This document shows, in pieces, positions 12,691 through 26,100 of a stretch of 64,000 bases of DNA. The notes under the pieces were generated by a model. The model saw nothing but the letters and a program-made list of their open reading frames with translations. It was not told the DNA's origin and did no database searches. The first letter of the stretch is position 1, and every line of letters begins with the position of its first letter. A program made the position numbers and the translations under genes. The stretch lies in the NCBI GenBank assembly GCA_002269645.1, contig NIVC01002177.1, positions 62,001-126,000 on the forward strand, in the 5' to 3' direction. This DNA is from Macrostomum lignano (taxonomy: Eukaryota).

Positions 12691-15600
12691 CAAAGAGTCA
12701 TGAACAATTGTATTTTAAATGTAATAACCGATATGCTAGAAATTAAATAAGAAATTTTAGGAATCTGGACTAATTTTCCAGATTAAAGATTAAAAATACG
12801 ACCAAAAGTTAAAATTGCGACAAATCCTGTGAATTTATCATTAACATTCAAATAAAAGTCAAGCTGTTTTAACTGTCTACATGTGATAAAAAAATTCATA
12901 AAATTCTCAAAATTTAAGCCTCAGATTAAATCAAACCACATACGAGTCTCTTGATACTATATATTTATTTATAATATACAAATTGCTCTTTTTGCTTAAA
13001 ATTGTTACACACTCGCTTATTACCATTTAGTATTTATAAAATTTGCTGCTGCGTTTTGCCATGATTCCCTTATGAAGTCAATTTTAGGAAAATGCAGTGT
13101 CCCTTCAACTAAATACACTGAGTTTAATATTGATTTCTTTTTAGGGAAAACAAAATGCTATTTTAGCTGCTATAATTTGAAACTCTTGCTTATTTCAAAT
13201 TTTATTTGAATTAGAAATATTGGTTACATTTATCTGATGGTAATGATTCATAAAGTTCAAAAATAAACTTGTCTAAAAAGAGCACCTAATGATAAAATTA
13301 TTCCAAAATACTTCCAAGCTATACTTCCAAATGCTTCAGTAGAAAACTTATACAAAAATGGACGTCAAAATTATTTTACTAAGGTGTAGATAAAACGTTT
13401 TCCTTTACATGCACTGCAAAGAATACCAGGAAACGTATATTTAGCTAAAAAAGAAGTTGCAGGAGGACAATAGTACTAATATTTTTGCAGGTTATGAGAT
13501 AAATGTTACTTTGACGTAAAGAAGAATTTATTAATTCGTTTCTCTGTGAGTTAGATTTGTTCACAATAAAATACCAGAGCAACAGATTTTTAATCAGTAT
13601 TTAGGTAAAAAATTAATAGGGGTATGGTGTAAATGTTTTTTTTTTACTTTTAATTTATCAAATTTGTTAGACGTTTTATTTTTGCAGAATTTGTTTTAGC
13701 AATTTTGTTGTAACTAGTACCTTTTTACGGTAAAGTAACCCTCAGAAATTAATTAAGTCGCCCAGAAGCTTAAAAATCATTGCTGTTACCAAATTATAAC
13801 TTGAATCATAACTTACTGGTTCGAAACGCCAAATAAAGCATTTAGTACTGAGTAAAAATATAGTGGAAATAAGAATATTGTAGTACGTTTACATGTATTT
13901 CACAGCCATATATCTAGCTAATTATTTTGTCTCATTTGATCGAATTTCGTTGCTTTTCATGGCTTATATTAATTAAGTTGTTAATTACTCCTAAACACTT
14001 GAACAAATTCAGCCTTTGCACTATACCTTCCCGAGCTAAACCTTAAAGTTTCTGCAGCTTCGTATGTTAAAATGTGCTAGTAACTTTGGAGTGCTTGTCA
14101 AGTTTTCGACACTGTAGCTATTTGTAGTGTGAAAGTTGAATTTTAGGTTACGTTTAAAGTGTCTAGCTGTGTCCATACGGGCTGTAAAATAAAAGTATTA
14201 CAAACTTCAAGTTTAGTATTATTTTTTAGTTTTCTGCCAGAAAAAACTGGCAGGAGGTACTGTAAGAGACAGATATGCTTTATCGTGAGACTTTCGTGGA
14301 CCTAAATAACTAAATTTCTAAAGAACATTAAAATTCTTTTTTAACACAGTTTATTATCGTTAATGAGCGATCGTTTAATGTGGTGTTCTAGCAAGAGACT
14401 TACAATGGGTTTTTACGTTTTTCAGTTAAAACAACATTTTATAAATTAGTTTTGTTGATCATCAACAAAAGTATACTGAATTCGTTTTGAATTAAAGAGA
14501 ATTTTAAAATATTTTAGAATAAGAACTACTTGTTTTCTACGTCATTCGTTGCATGTTGCTTTGTATTTGTATAGCAATAAAATTTTAACGTGCCAGAAAG
14601 ACGCCATTTGCCTGAGAGAAATGGTCGCACATTTTTATTATTTTGTTCAATTAAAAAATCGAGCACATCGATCAGTCCCGTCTGGCATCTGGCATCCCGT
14701 CTGGTCCCTCTAGGTTGCTCTGGTCCCTCTGTTCTGGTCCCTCTAGATCTTGACCCTCGATCTGCCCCAGCCCACATGATCCGCCACTCAAAAACTTGTT
14801 TACATGGAAAAAAAGTGTTTATGAATCGCATCATCTATCTTGTGGAGGTATTCCACTTATATAATCGCTCATGTGGAGCTCATGCAGACATATAGGGCCT
14901 ATGCAAAGCGAAGTAGTTGTTGAATATCAATAGAATTTTTTACGTTGAGAATATAGCTCTTGCCACAGTGGATTTATAAACTCTAAAAAATCCTGCATTT
15001 TAGCTGTATGATCCTCTTATTACTCTGGGCAATGCTGACGCTATTTATCAAACTAAAATTAGTAAAATTGTTTACATTTGAGCATTCAAAGTCTGAGAAT
15101 AGCCATCGCATAAGTTGGATTTTCAACATCAGATTATCTCAATGGATTTGCATTGAAATCGGGGTACATTTAGTAAAAAAAATTTTAGTAAAATTTTTTG
15201 TTTTCCCTCCCATTTTTGTTTTTGAAGCTCTTGATTTACTATTGCTATATCTCTTATTGTAATGTTGCATCAAGGTTTCAAGCTATATTTTTGTTCTGTT
15301 GCATTGAAAAAGTTTTATGCACAAATAAATATAGAATATAAAACTACATTAATTAACAGCATTAAATATTAAGTGAATGTAAAAATGAAAAAAATGAAAC
15401 GAAATTTGCCACATCATGTCTATGCTATATAATACAAATAATATGACTTTTGCTAGAGAGCTAATTATAACAAAATTTCTAATTCTAATACATTTGTTCT
15501 TTTATTTATGAAGCATACAAGCTATTTTTGTGGCATACACAAATAAAAATAAAAAATTGTACTACTAGCAATCTTAGCCTTGCTTTGGTTATGCACCAAG

Positions 15601-15806
15601 GGAAGGAAAAAATTCGATGGAAGCCTGACATCTAAAAATAAGCCTTGTATAGTCATGTGCAAGACATAGATATAATATATCCCCGATCTATATTTTAGCT
15701 GTACAAATGTAAATTTATATAAGCGCATCTTTACTTTATTAAAATTTACCGGGTAATTATCTTTTCTACATGCACTCTTAACTCTCAACAGACAGCAACA
15801 GACGCG

Positions 15807-18800
15807 ATGGATGCTGACGCTGCGGCTGAAGCTGAGTTTCCACCGCGAGTTCTACAAGCCAGCTGCACCAGTCGGCTGACAATGTTCGGGGATGTGGCTG
15901 ATCGTCACGTGATTTTCTTGATCGAGATCTCGCCAGCCATGGCCCCTGCCCTATCGGCTGCCAAGACGGACCTAATTGAGGCCCTGCTCCGCCTTGCCTA
16001 TCGGGGGGACGCCGACACAAGCTTCAACTTGCTGCGCTTCGGCGGCCGCGAGCTGGTGCAGTGGTCGGACCGGCTGGTCCTGGCCACGCCGCGCACTGCC
16101 ACCGTGGCTGCTCAGTGGATCCGCGAACTCCAGCTGTGCGAACAGCGCCGCGGCCCCGGCCTGCTGGACGCGCTGACTGCGGCCATGTCTGACTCAGCCT
16201 GCCAGGCTGTCCATCTGGTCACCGCCGGAGCGACTGCAGCGGATGCGAGCAAAAATGGCGACTTGCTGGACAGCCTGCGCCAGCGCCTGGCTGGCAGCAG
16301 CGGCCAGCTCCGCCCAGTTCACTGCGCCGTCTGCCTGCCAACCCCGGATGGCTTGGACCGGCTGTGCGAGCTCGCGGCGGCAGCGTCGCCTCCGTGCAGC
16401 TCGGCGATGCCACCGACGACGGAGTCCACTCTGTGACGCGGCTGCTCACTGCGGACCGGCCCAGTGCGCGTCTGAGCCGCGATGCTGGAGGTCGCCTGTG
16501 CAACGTGGAGACCCCGGCCGGTGCGCCGCTGTCCGGGTCATCGCGGGCGCTGATTCCTCGGCCTTCGTCCGAAGTAGTCAAGGCAAAATCCGCGCTGGAG
16601 GCCGCTCTGGTTGGCCGGCGGGTTCTGGCTCGTCGACACGGCGGCGCGGACGGCGTTTTCTACAGCGGCCGCGTTGTTGCTGAGGTGACGCCAAGCCACT
16701 TTTTGCATTCATTTTAGCGCGAAGAACTTGAAACCCCAATTGGGTTTTGGTTGGTAGAGCCTTAGGGAATGTGTAAGAGCTTAATTGGGTGAACTCTGAA
16801 CTGGTCTGCGAAGGCCTGGGTCAACTTAATGGGATGTCAACTTAAGAACCGGAATGGATGCAAAACTATTGCATTTTATCACGGGTTCGCAAGAATTTTT
16901 TAGTTCATGGGCTTGATCTTGATAGAGAGAACCGAACGCATGGCTGCGAACCAGATAGAGGAGAGGGGAGAGGCGAGAGAGGAGATGAGAGATGGGATGA
17001 GAATAGATGAGAGAGAAGAAGAGAGGAGAGAAGATAGGAGAGCGAAGATGGGATTGCCATTGTGCAGTTTCAGAGGATCCGTGGGGCTGACTGGGAGTAG
17101 CTCAAGATGTAAATATTCTCATCAAACCTCGCGCAGGTGTCGCCGCGCGTTCTGCTGGTGGAGTTCCCAGCTGCCACTGCTGAAACGGAGGCGTCGCAGC
17201 GCCAGGAGACGCCGCTGGCAGATTTGGTCAGTCTGGACGACGCTCTCCGGCGATCCACGGAGCCGGGCGACTTTGTCTTGGCGCCGGCTGCGACCGATTT
17301 CGACAGTGCCGGCGCCTACAGGCCCGCCAGGGTGCTGCGGACCGGCCCACAGCTGACGGTGGCGGTGGCGGGCCCGGGCCAGGCGCCGGACATCAGACGG
17401 CTGGCGCCGGGCACCGCAGCGTGGATTCCCCGGGAGCTGTACTGCAGCTTGGAGCTGGAGGCGTTGTCGGCGGCGGCTAAGCGGCTGGAGGAAGCGCCAC
17501 CGCTTCCGCTGCCCGCTCCAGACGGTGGATCGGGAGAGGCGAATCGGGATGAGGTGAGTCTGGATGAGGTGAGTCTGAATGAAGTGAGTCTGGATGAGGT
17601 GAGTCTGGATGAGGTGAGTCTGGATGAGGTGAGTCTGGATGAGGTGAGTCTGGATGAGGTGAGTCTGGATGAGGTGAGTCTGGATGAGGTGAGTCTGGAT
17701 GAGGTGAGTCTGGATGAGGTGAGTCTGGATGAGGTGAGTCTGGATGAGGTGAGTCTGGATGAGGTGAGTCTGGATGAGGTGAGTCTGGATGAGGTGAGTC
17801 TGGATGAGGTGAGTCTGGATGAGGTGAGTCTGGATGAGGTGAGTCTGGATGAGGTGAGTCTGGATGAGGTGAGTCTGGATGTGGCAAGTGTTATCTTAGC
17901 GAGCGGCCATTATCAAAGTTTGATCTAACTACCTGAGCATAAGTGTTAACTTTTATCATGTCCTAACAGACTGCAGAGCCTCAGCCAGAAGCAGCTGACC
18001 CACAGGAGGAGCCACCTACAGTGGCCGAGGAAAAGGCACCCGAGGAGAGTCCGGAAGAGAAACCCGAGGAACCAAAACAGCAAACCGCAACTGGTCAAGA
18101 CGAAATCGATTCGACACATTTCGAACTGTTTGATGGCGAAGACAATCTCAGGACTCCACGGCCGACGCCGCCGCCGTCATCGTTGAAGCCGCAGCTGCGC
18201 CGGCGCCCAAAGCGCCAACCGGCGCAGGCGCCGATTGGGGAGGCAGACGCGGAGACGCCCCGCGTCGAGGCCTACAGGCGGGCGATGGAGGCGGCCCGCT
18301 CGGCCGAGATTCGCCGCCGCCGCGCTGAACTCGAAGCCGACGGCCTTCTGCGGGATCCCGGCCTGCGCCGGAGCCAGGCGGCAGCCATCGCGGCGGCTAC
18401 CGCCGCCGCCAGCCTGAGCAGCCGGGGCGCCCTGCACACAGCTGCGGTCATCGAGGCCCGGCTGCGCCGGGAGGAGCGTCGAGAGGCGGCTGAGCTGCGA
18501 CGAGCAGAGGCGGACGCTGAGGTGGCCCGGCAGCGCTGGTGGGGAGCTCCAAGCAGCGGCCAGCACCGGCTGCAGGAGCCGCCGCCCCCACCGGAGCTGC
18601 TGCGACTCCGCCGGCTGAAGCTGCTGGCAGGCGATGGCCAGCGGCTGTACACCTGCCCGGATGATGAGAGGCGAGCTCAGCTGAGCAAGCCGGACAGGTG
18701 AGGCTGAACTGAGATCTTGGCAAGCATAGCAGAATGCAGATTATATATTGCTATACTGCAACCAATCCTCCGCAGAACAATAGCAGAATGGCTGCTGCAT

Positions 18801-18959
18801 CAGCGACTGGCGAACGGCGGCAGCTCCATGAGCCGGCAGCAGCAGCAGCAGCTGCAGGAGTTGCAAAAGCAGCAGGACAAGCAGATGCAGCCGCTGACAG
18901 CACAGGAGTGGCTGAGGATGACAAGACGAGCTCAGGCGATGAGCGCGGCTCCATTCTGA
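15807..18959 (+). CDS. vWA-domain + DUF4537 (C11orf16/VWA3B-like) protein, apparent frameshift near 16375
   Basis: Exons 15807-16684, 17137-17553, 17970-18697, 18776-18959 (GT-AG, phases consistent). vWA-like VIFLIEIS..FNLLRFGG..WSDRLV; DUF4537-like VGRRVLARR..DGVFYSGRV and LVSLDDALRRSTEPGDFVLAP. Exon 1 needs a frame change between ORFs 15807 and 16364. Start codon uncertain. Confidence 0.7.
16915..17045. repeat. GA-rich low-complexity tract
   Basis: Purine-rich (gaga/ggag) stretch in intron 1 of the vWA gene. Confidence 0.75.
17548..17880 (+). repeat. 15-bp minisatellite (gaggtgagtctggat) x22, each unit containing a splice donor
   Basis: Units start at 17551+15n up to 17866; each carries GAG|gtgagt (one GAA|gtgagt). 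Confidence 0.97.
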
Positions 18960-19753
18960 CTGATCCGAATCAAGATGGCTGACTATTCGAAAACTAATCG
19001 ATTCTAGATTTTGCATGCACAATAAACAGCTCGAAATAAATCTATCGGCTTCAGATGCTGAGCAGTGCCGACAATCAAATTTACTAAATGCGCAGGCTTA
19101 TTTCTGAGTCTAAAACTGCTTGTTTTTCTTGCTATATATACATTAATACTACTTGATAAAGTAGTACGACAAAGTAGCCAATATACACAAATTTTTCCGG
19201 AAAAATTCTGGGGATTTATATATTTTTGTTTTCAAACTTGTGCTTTTTGGAAATTATAGACCAATTTGTCTTGCATTTCCGAGCATTCAATTCAAGACAC
19301 GGCCAGTCATATTCAACCCATCCTTCGACGATTGTCTATGGCCGAAACCGAGTATGGAGAGAGCATTGAATTTCAGACACTTGACAAAAGCTGCACTGTC
19401 GACGTTGGCAAAAAACTTGGGACTTCTTGCTTTCAGAGTGCTGATATATTTTAGGTCTAAATCTGGATTTTAATACAGCTTAATCTGCAACATTCAACTA
19501 TAAAGATTGTCAATACAATCTATGACCGTGAGGTTGACAAAATATGGGCTTTAATGGAGATTGTGAGACAATTGAGACTGGGAGATGTTAAGAGTGCCTT
19601 GGCAGGCCTAGGCTTAGGCAGTGACGTTTAACACGAGTAGCTTATTGAAGGAATCTACGGCGCCCCAATCAAGTAGACCGAGAGCGAGAATAATTAGTAA
19701 TCAAGATGGATCATCGGTGCTGAGCCAGTTTACTGAAAGCATTCTCAGTCGGC

Positions 19754-21155
19754 TCATTCGCCACAGCTCAGGATCCAGATGGTGACCGCCAGGTTGACAA
19801 AGAAGTACACAATGAAGAAGATGCGATCCAGCATGATACCAAGGTAGCGCCACTGGTTCTCGTCCTGCTTACTGTGACCATCTGAAGTCCCATTCAGCTT
19901 CTCCTTGGCCTCCGATGAAGCTGCTCCGCCGCCTTCGTCCGGTGCTGGCGACTCTTCGGTTGGCACGGCGCCGCGGCCCAGCCGGAGACCCACGAAGCGG
20001 CTGCGCGACAGAAGCCACTTCAGGTTCCTCGGCATGCAGAAATCGCGGCCCTTCAGCGAGATGTTGTAGCTGATCACAGCCTTCACGTTGGCCAGGCTCA
20101 CCAAAGCGATGGCAAGACAAAAGTACACACCAACAGTTGGTATGGAGTCCCCGGACCGAGGAATGTTGTCTGCTACTAAAAGCAGGAACACGAACAAGGA
20201 AAGCAGGATTGTAGTTACGTAACCCATCTTCTCGCCGCTCTCAGCCGGCAGGAGGAACACGAACAGCGTGAGCCAGGTGAGCAGGATGCAGGGGAACAGC
20301 ATGTAGGCCTGGTAGAACAGGTACTTCCGCTTCAGACGCAACTGGAACACGACCTCCGTGTAGTCCCGGGACCGGCCGCCCGACTCATCCACGCCAACTT
20401 GGCGGCTGGAGATCGTGTTGAATGAGGGGAAGCCCTCCACCTGCCATTCGCCGTTGCTGGCGCTCTGAAAGGCGTGGTCATCGGATGAGGACTCGTCGGA
20501 TGGCTTCTTAGTCAGCACGAAGGTGGACGCGTCCTTGGTCCACGAGCTGAACGTGATGTTGCACTGCTGGCTGTCGTACGGGAAGCTGGAAATGTCCACT
20601 CGGCAGAAGATCTGCAGTGGGTTCACCGAGTGGTAAAATGATTTGAAATTCAATTCAATTCTTAATGATTAATCAGGTTAAACCTACCTTAAACACGGCC
20701 TGCGTGCCGAGCTGCACAGACCCATCGCTGAAGATCCTGGCGGTGGCTTCGCCGTAGATGAACATGCCCTCTTCGAAGTTGCCGTGCAGCGACTCGAAGA
20801 ACAGCAGATCCGGGAACCAGATCTCCGAGGCTTTGATAGCGAAGTTGTCGATGCCGCCAAACTTGGCCGGGTCCCAGTTGAGACGGCAGTCCTTCCAGAT
20901 GGACTCAACCCACACATCTACGGTGAGCATCTGCGTGGGCTCGTCAAGGTCGAACAGTTGGAGCAGCAGCATGTCCTGATTGACGTGCAGCTTGCCTCCA
21001 GGCTCACAGATTGGCATGGCGCCAGGCCTATATGGCAGGGTGTCATTCTCGAACAGGTGTCGCAGCAGGCCGTCGTAGATGGTCTTCTTGGGCCCCGAGG
21101 CGGCGGTCAGGCCGGTGCCAAGCAGCAGCAGCAGCAGAAGCGGCCGTGCGAACAT
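19754..21155 (-). CDS. Cys-loop ligand-gated ion channel, nicotinic acetylcholine receptor-like non-alpha subunit
   Basis: Two exons 21155-20688 and 20611-19754. Signal peptide, WFPDL loop A, Cys-loop CRVDISSFPYDSQQC (C-x13-C), M1 FPCILL, GEK-M2, M3, M4 (MLDRIFFIVYF). No vicinal CC in loop C. Confidence 0.92.
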
Positions 21156-21989
21156 TGGATTAGTAAAATGCGGGGCTGTCAGATCAGGGTGAACGGAAAA
21201 TTAGACAAACCTGCTTTGCCGCAGCTTTTCTATTTCTCCAGTGCTCTTGCTTGGTCCTCAGCCCCTGCAGCCTCTAAATTGAGCAGTCTCTCAGTGAGAG
21301 AGAAGACTGCAACATGTTCAAACCGACAATAGTGTGCTGCGCATGCGGCACTGTGCACAGCTTGCAGAATGCATCAAACAGGGGGAGGGGTCGCTGTCAG
21401 AGAACAATACCTGTGCTCAGGCATCAGCGAAGAGAATTGCGTACAGCATGTGACCTACCCTCTCTCTACCCCGCAGCCACTCACAATGCACGCGTGCAAG
21501 CAATTCAACTTTTTTTGTTGCTAAGTTGTGCTTTGCTGCTTGAGCAGTTTGACAGCTGAACTGCCTGTCTACCCCCTGGGCTTGGTTAACAGCTTAGCCT
21601 ACAATACAATTCTGAGCGCAGACTCTCAGTAGAGCCCAGATTCTGACAAGCAAAGCTTTTTGGGTGACCCGAATCTTTCTGATGCAGACAATTTCGTAGC
21701 TGAAGTACAAAGACAGGTGCGAATACAGTCGCATCTTGCAAGAAAGTTCAGAATCTAGAAAAGAGAAATTCGCGGCCCTTTGAATGAGTTGCATTGCAAG
21801 TTTAAAATACGATTATTAGTATTTTGAATCTATATATATCAGCTGTGAAAATGAACTAACAAAAATGCGTGCTTGCGGTTCTTTTTGACTTTTATCCCTC
21901 ACCAACTTTTTGGGATGACCAATTTTTACAAATCTGGCTTGTAAGTCGTTGTCAGGCTGTTTTTGCAGCTGGGAGTGACTATTTGAGAT

Positions 21990-22260
21990 GTCTGGGATGG
22001 CTTGGCTCTGCTCCTGCAATTAACGGCCTTCAGGGCCAACCCCCCCTCCCCCCAAGGCGCAGTGAAGTGTACATGCCTAACGATAAATAAAGTTAGGGCC
22101 GCTGTACACTCCTGTGTGAGTGTGTGCCTGTGCGAATGACTGCGTACGTATCCGCGCGCTTGTGTGCCTGCTCAGGGGAGTCGGCGGAATGGGCAGTAAT
22201 GCCTCTCGCCGGTTGTGTGACAATGTCGGCTAAAGTGCGCCAGGGTGCACACAGCTCCCT
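21990..22260. mobile_element. Interspersed repeat family 2 (SINE-like), copy inverted relative to 26070-26350
   Basis: Shares ttagggccgctgtacac...ggcagtaatgcctctcgccggttgtgtgacaatgtc with the reverse complement of 26070-26285. Confidence 0.7.
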
Positions 22261-23152
22261 GCCTCTGATAAAAAAGATACACGTATGAGAGCCAATAACT
22301 TTTCCTGATGATGCCATCACGGAGATGTTATACTAACAGTTCGCTATATTTGATGGCCATGATCACTGTAATGCTAACTTGCCAAAGATAGGCCTTAAGA
22401 TGCTAGTGTTCAATTAAGAATGACCCGTGTGTTGTCAGGGCGAACTTTAGGTTCGATCTATGGAATAATGGGGTTGCAGTTTATTAGGATTTTCTGAGTC
22501 GATATATCCCGATTCAGCTGAAAGTTGTCTGACTAAGTCACTAATGTTAAGATATTAATAACGATTCAGAGGGGTAACTACGTAAGGATGGTTTATAAGA
22601 TTTTTTGGAGCCTTTCCAACAGGAATTACCTTTCCGTTCGCAGAACTACTAACAGTAATGTAAACAGGTTTTTAGCCGGGGGGGGGGCAGAGCAGCTCAG
22701 CGGCAAATGCGTCTGACTATCGCGCGCCGCGGCCCCTGGTTCCATTCGCTTTACATTTCCGTCTTATTTTGTGGCGTAGGGCTCAAAAGCTCCTCTAGGA
22801 CTAACTAATAAAAGCACTATAAATCTCATTGATAATAGAATCTTCAAACCAAAGCAGCTGGATTGATGACCACTGTCAATAGTTGCGGATAACAATATAC
22901 TGATTTCCAACAGCACTCAAACTTAGAGGATAAGACAGTGCAGTGTGTGATTTAATTATACATGAATGTAAAACACCAAATCAAGCACTGAATAAATAAG
23001 AAAAATATACAATACGCAATTCAATGAAGCACTAGAGACAAATGGCATGTAATAGTTTTTCACTTATATTATTAAACGCATTTTTCCAAAGCCTCAGAGA
23101 GGCCACACAAAGGCTTGGGTTGCCATCGCTGCACCAGCACAGGCCCTAATCA

Positions 23153-26100
23153 TCAAAAGTCGAAGGTGTGCGGCCGCCTGCGCTCCGACCGCTGGCCGAA
23201 CAGACCCGGCGTGGCGATGCGCTGGCGAGCGGAGGCGGTCACGGCGGCATCGGCATCGGCGGCCTCCTCGGCGCGCTGCCGCATAGCCGTCTCCGCCTCC
23301 TGCATCTCCCGCTCCATCTTGCCGAGCTCCTGCACCTCCTCGCGGCGCCGCTCCGCCCGAGACTTAGTCTGGTCCTTCAGCGAGTAGAACATCGGGCCCA
23401 TCTCGGCCAGCCACTCGGCCTCCACGGCCGTGACGCACTGCATGAACTCCTTGCTGGTCATGATCAGCTCGTGGTAGACTACATAATCCGGCGTGACTCC
23501 CATGGAGTAGAGCGCGGCGGTGGGGTGCAGGTGGCAGGGCATCCCGGTGCGCAGGTTCACGTATTGGCCGAGGCCCTTGATGCGGCAGGCCTGGTGGAAG
23601 AAGGCCGAGCAGACGCACTTCCTGGCCGGATCCCAGTCGCCGCGACAGGACTTTAGCGGCATCTTCTGCTGCTCCATGATCTCCTTCAGCTGCTGGCGGA
23701 CTTCGCGCGCCTTCAGCATCGACTTGGCGTGGATAAAATGGTCGGTGCACCAGGACTTGGAGTAGCCAGCCCGGCGCCACAGGTTGTACACATTCAGCAG
23801 CGTCATGTGGTCCGATTCGGGCACCTGCGTGAGTGAAGGTGAATCTCGGAATGCATAAACAGCGTTTAATAATAGCAATAATAACAATTGATTTCACATG
23901 CCCCAATTGGGCCAGATGTGCAACCGACAGCTCAGCCGCAGCCATTGCGCAGTGTATCTGAAGGCTGCGTACGGCTGTTCAGTCTAAAGACTGAAGGGTC
24001 GCCACACACACCCTCAATTTCCCCAGATAATGCTGGCTGCTTTAGCTGCTTTAGGTCGTGAGACCGGCGCTCTAACCACTAGGCTACAACCCTCTGAGTA
24101 TTATGCAAGTATAAATTCTGTTTATCGCGTCAAAGAGCCTGGGTTCGATTCCACCCACGGACACGGACCCAACCCTGTACTAACAGAAAAAATATCCCAT
24201 GCCTGACCTGAAATTTCTCTCGCTGTGCGTCAGAGTCTTCCTCGCGACCCTTGGGCCGGTAGAAGACAGACGGCACGCTGAGCATGCTCACAACTGTGAG
24301 AATCTCCTCGCTGCAGCCCATCTCAATGCTTGTAATGAGCATCTTGGACAGAGCCGGGTCCAGCGGGAACTCCACCATCTGCCTGCCGAGCCGGGTGAGA
24401 CCGCCTGTGTTGTCCAAAGCGCCCAGCAGCCACAACTGGTACATGGACTGCAGGATATTGTCCTGCGGCGGCGGGTCCATGAAGCCGAACGTCATGAGGT
24501 CCTGAACGCCAAGTGACTTCAGCAGCAGCACAACATTGGCCAGGTTGGTGCGCTGAATCTCCGGCACGCTGGCTAGTAGCATTTCCTCGTTGAATTGGCG
24601 CATTGTGTAAAGCCGGTAGCACTGGCCACTCTGGGTGCGGCCCGCTCGACCGCTGCGCTGCTTGGCGTTGGCCTGGCTGACTGGGAACACCTGGCGATGG
24701 CAGAGTTCTGCGAATGTTATTCACTTTTGGCCTGACCGTCCCAGTTTACACCAGCTTTCACGAACGGATCAGAGATGAGATTTGGGTGAATGACCCCGGA
24801 TCAGAGAGGGGATCCGGGTGAATGACCCCGGATCAGAGAGGGGATCCGGGTGAATGACCCCGGGTCACAGAGGAGATCCGGGTGAATGACCCTGGGTCAC
24901 AGAGGAGATCCGGGTGAATGACCCCGGGTCACAGAGGAGATCCGGGTGAATGACCCCCGATCAGAGAGGAGATCCAAGTGAATGACCCCGGATCAGAGAG
25001 GAGATCCGGGTGAATGACCCCGGATCAGAGAGGGGATCCGGGTGAATGACCCCGGATCAGAGAGGAGATCCGGGTGAATGACCCCGGATCAGAGAGGAGA
25101 TCCGGGTGAATGACCCCGGATAAGAGAGGGGATCCGGGTGAATGACCCCGGATCAGAGAGGATATTCCCAGGTGAATGACCCCCCGGATAAGAGAGGAGA
25201 TCTGGGTGAATGACCCCGGATCAGAGAGGAGATCCAGGTGAATGACCGGATGAAAGACAATATACCGGTAGGAATTAAAATACAGGTCAATAAAATCAAT
25301 TAGATTTCATCTCTTGAATCAATTATTGATAGATCAGGACCGATACTGTAACGGTCCACATCTTGTCACGAGTTTATATGGATATCTGACAAACTTTCAT
25401 AGAAACGACGGATTTTTTAAGTTTTACTGAGATTCCCCACTGTCTGTTGGGTCTTCGAAACCCATGTGAATAAGAAGACAGAACAGAAAGACATGTCTTC
25501 TGTGCATTACAATTAACATCCAGATGCAAAACTAAATGAAAAAAGATGAAAACAAGACTATAACCCCACCTGCAGCGCGTCCATGCCAATCTTAGGATTG
25601 AACACCTTCAACTTGCAGTAACCGGGGTCAATAACGTAGCAGATTCCGTCAACAGTGAGCGAAGTCTCAGCAATGTTGGTGGCAACCACGCATTTGCGCA
25701 CACCTTCTGGCGCCTTCTGAAAGATCTTCGCCTGCAGGTCCGCCGGCAGCTGCGAGTAAATTGGCAGCACCGTCAGCTCCGGGGCGGATTCCAGATCGTC
25801 AAGGCGTTCCTTGATCTTCTCGCAGGTGACTTCAATGTCCTCTTGGCCGGGCATGAACACCAGGATGTCACCGGGGGCGCAGCCGATGTGCACCTGAGCA
25901 GGTTGGTTACAATTGCTAAGTTTGAGTAGCAATTATCATACCTATGCTTATGATCGCATACACGCGGGCACAAGCTCACCCAGGGTGTACAGCAGCCCCG
26001 AACTTTCTCATCGTCAATCATGTACACTCTGAGTCTTGGAAGTTGGCCCTCATATTTGCGAATCGCACTTTAAGCGACATTGTCACACAACCGGCGAGAG

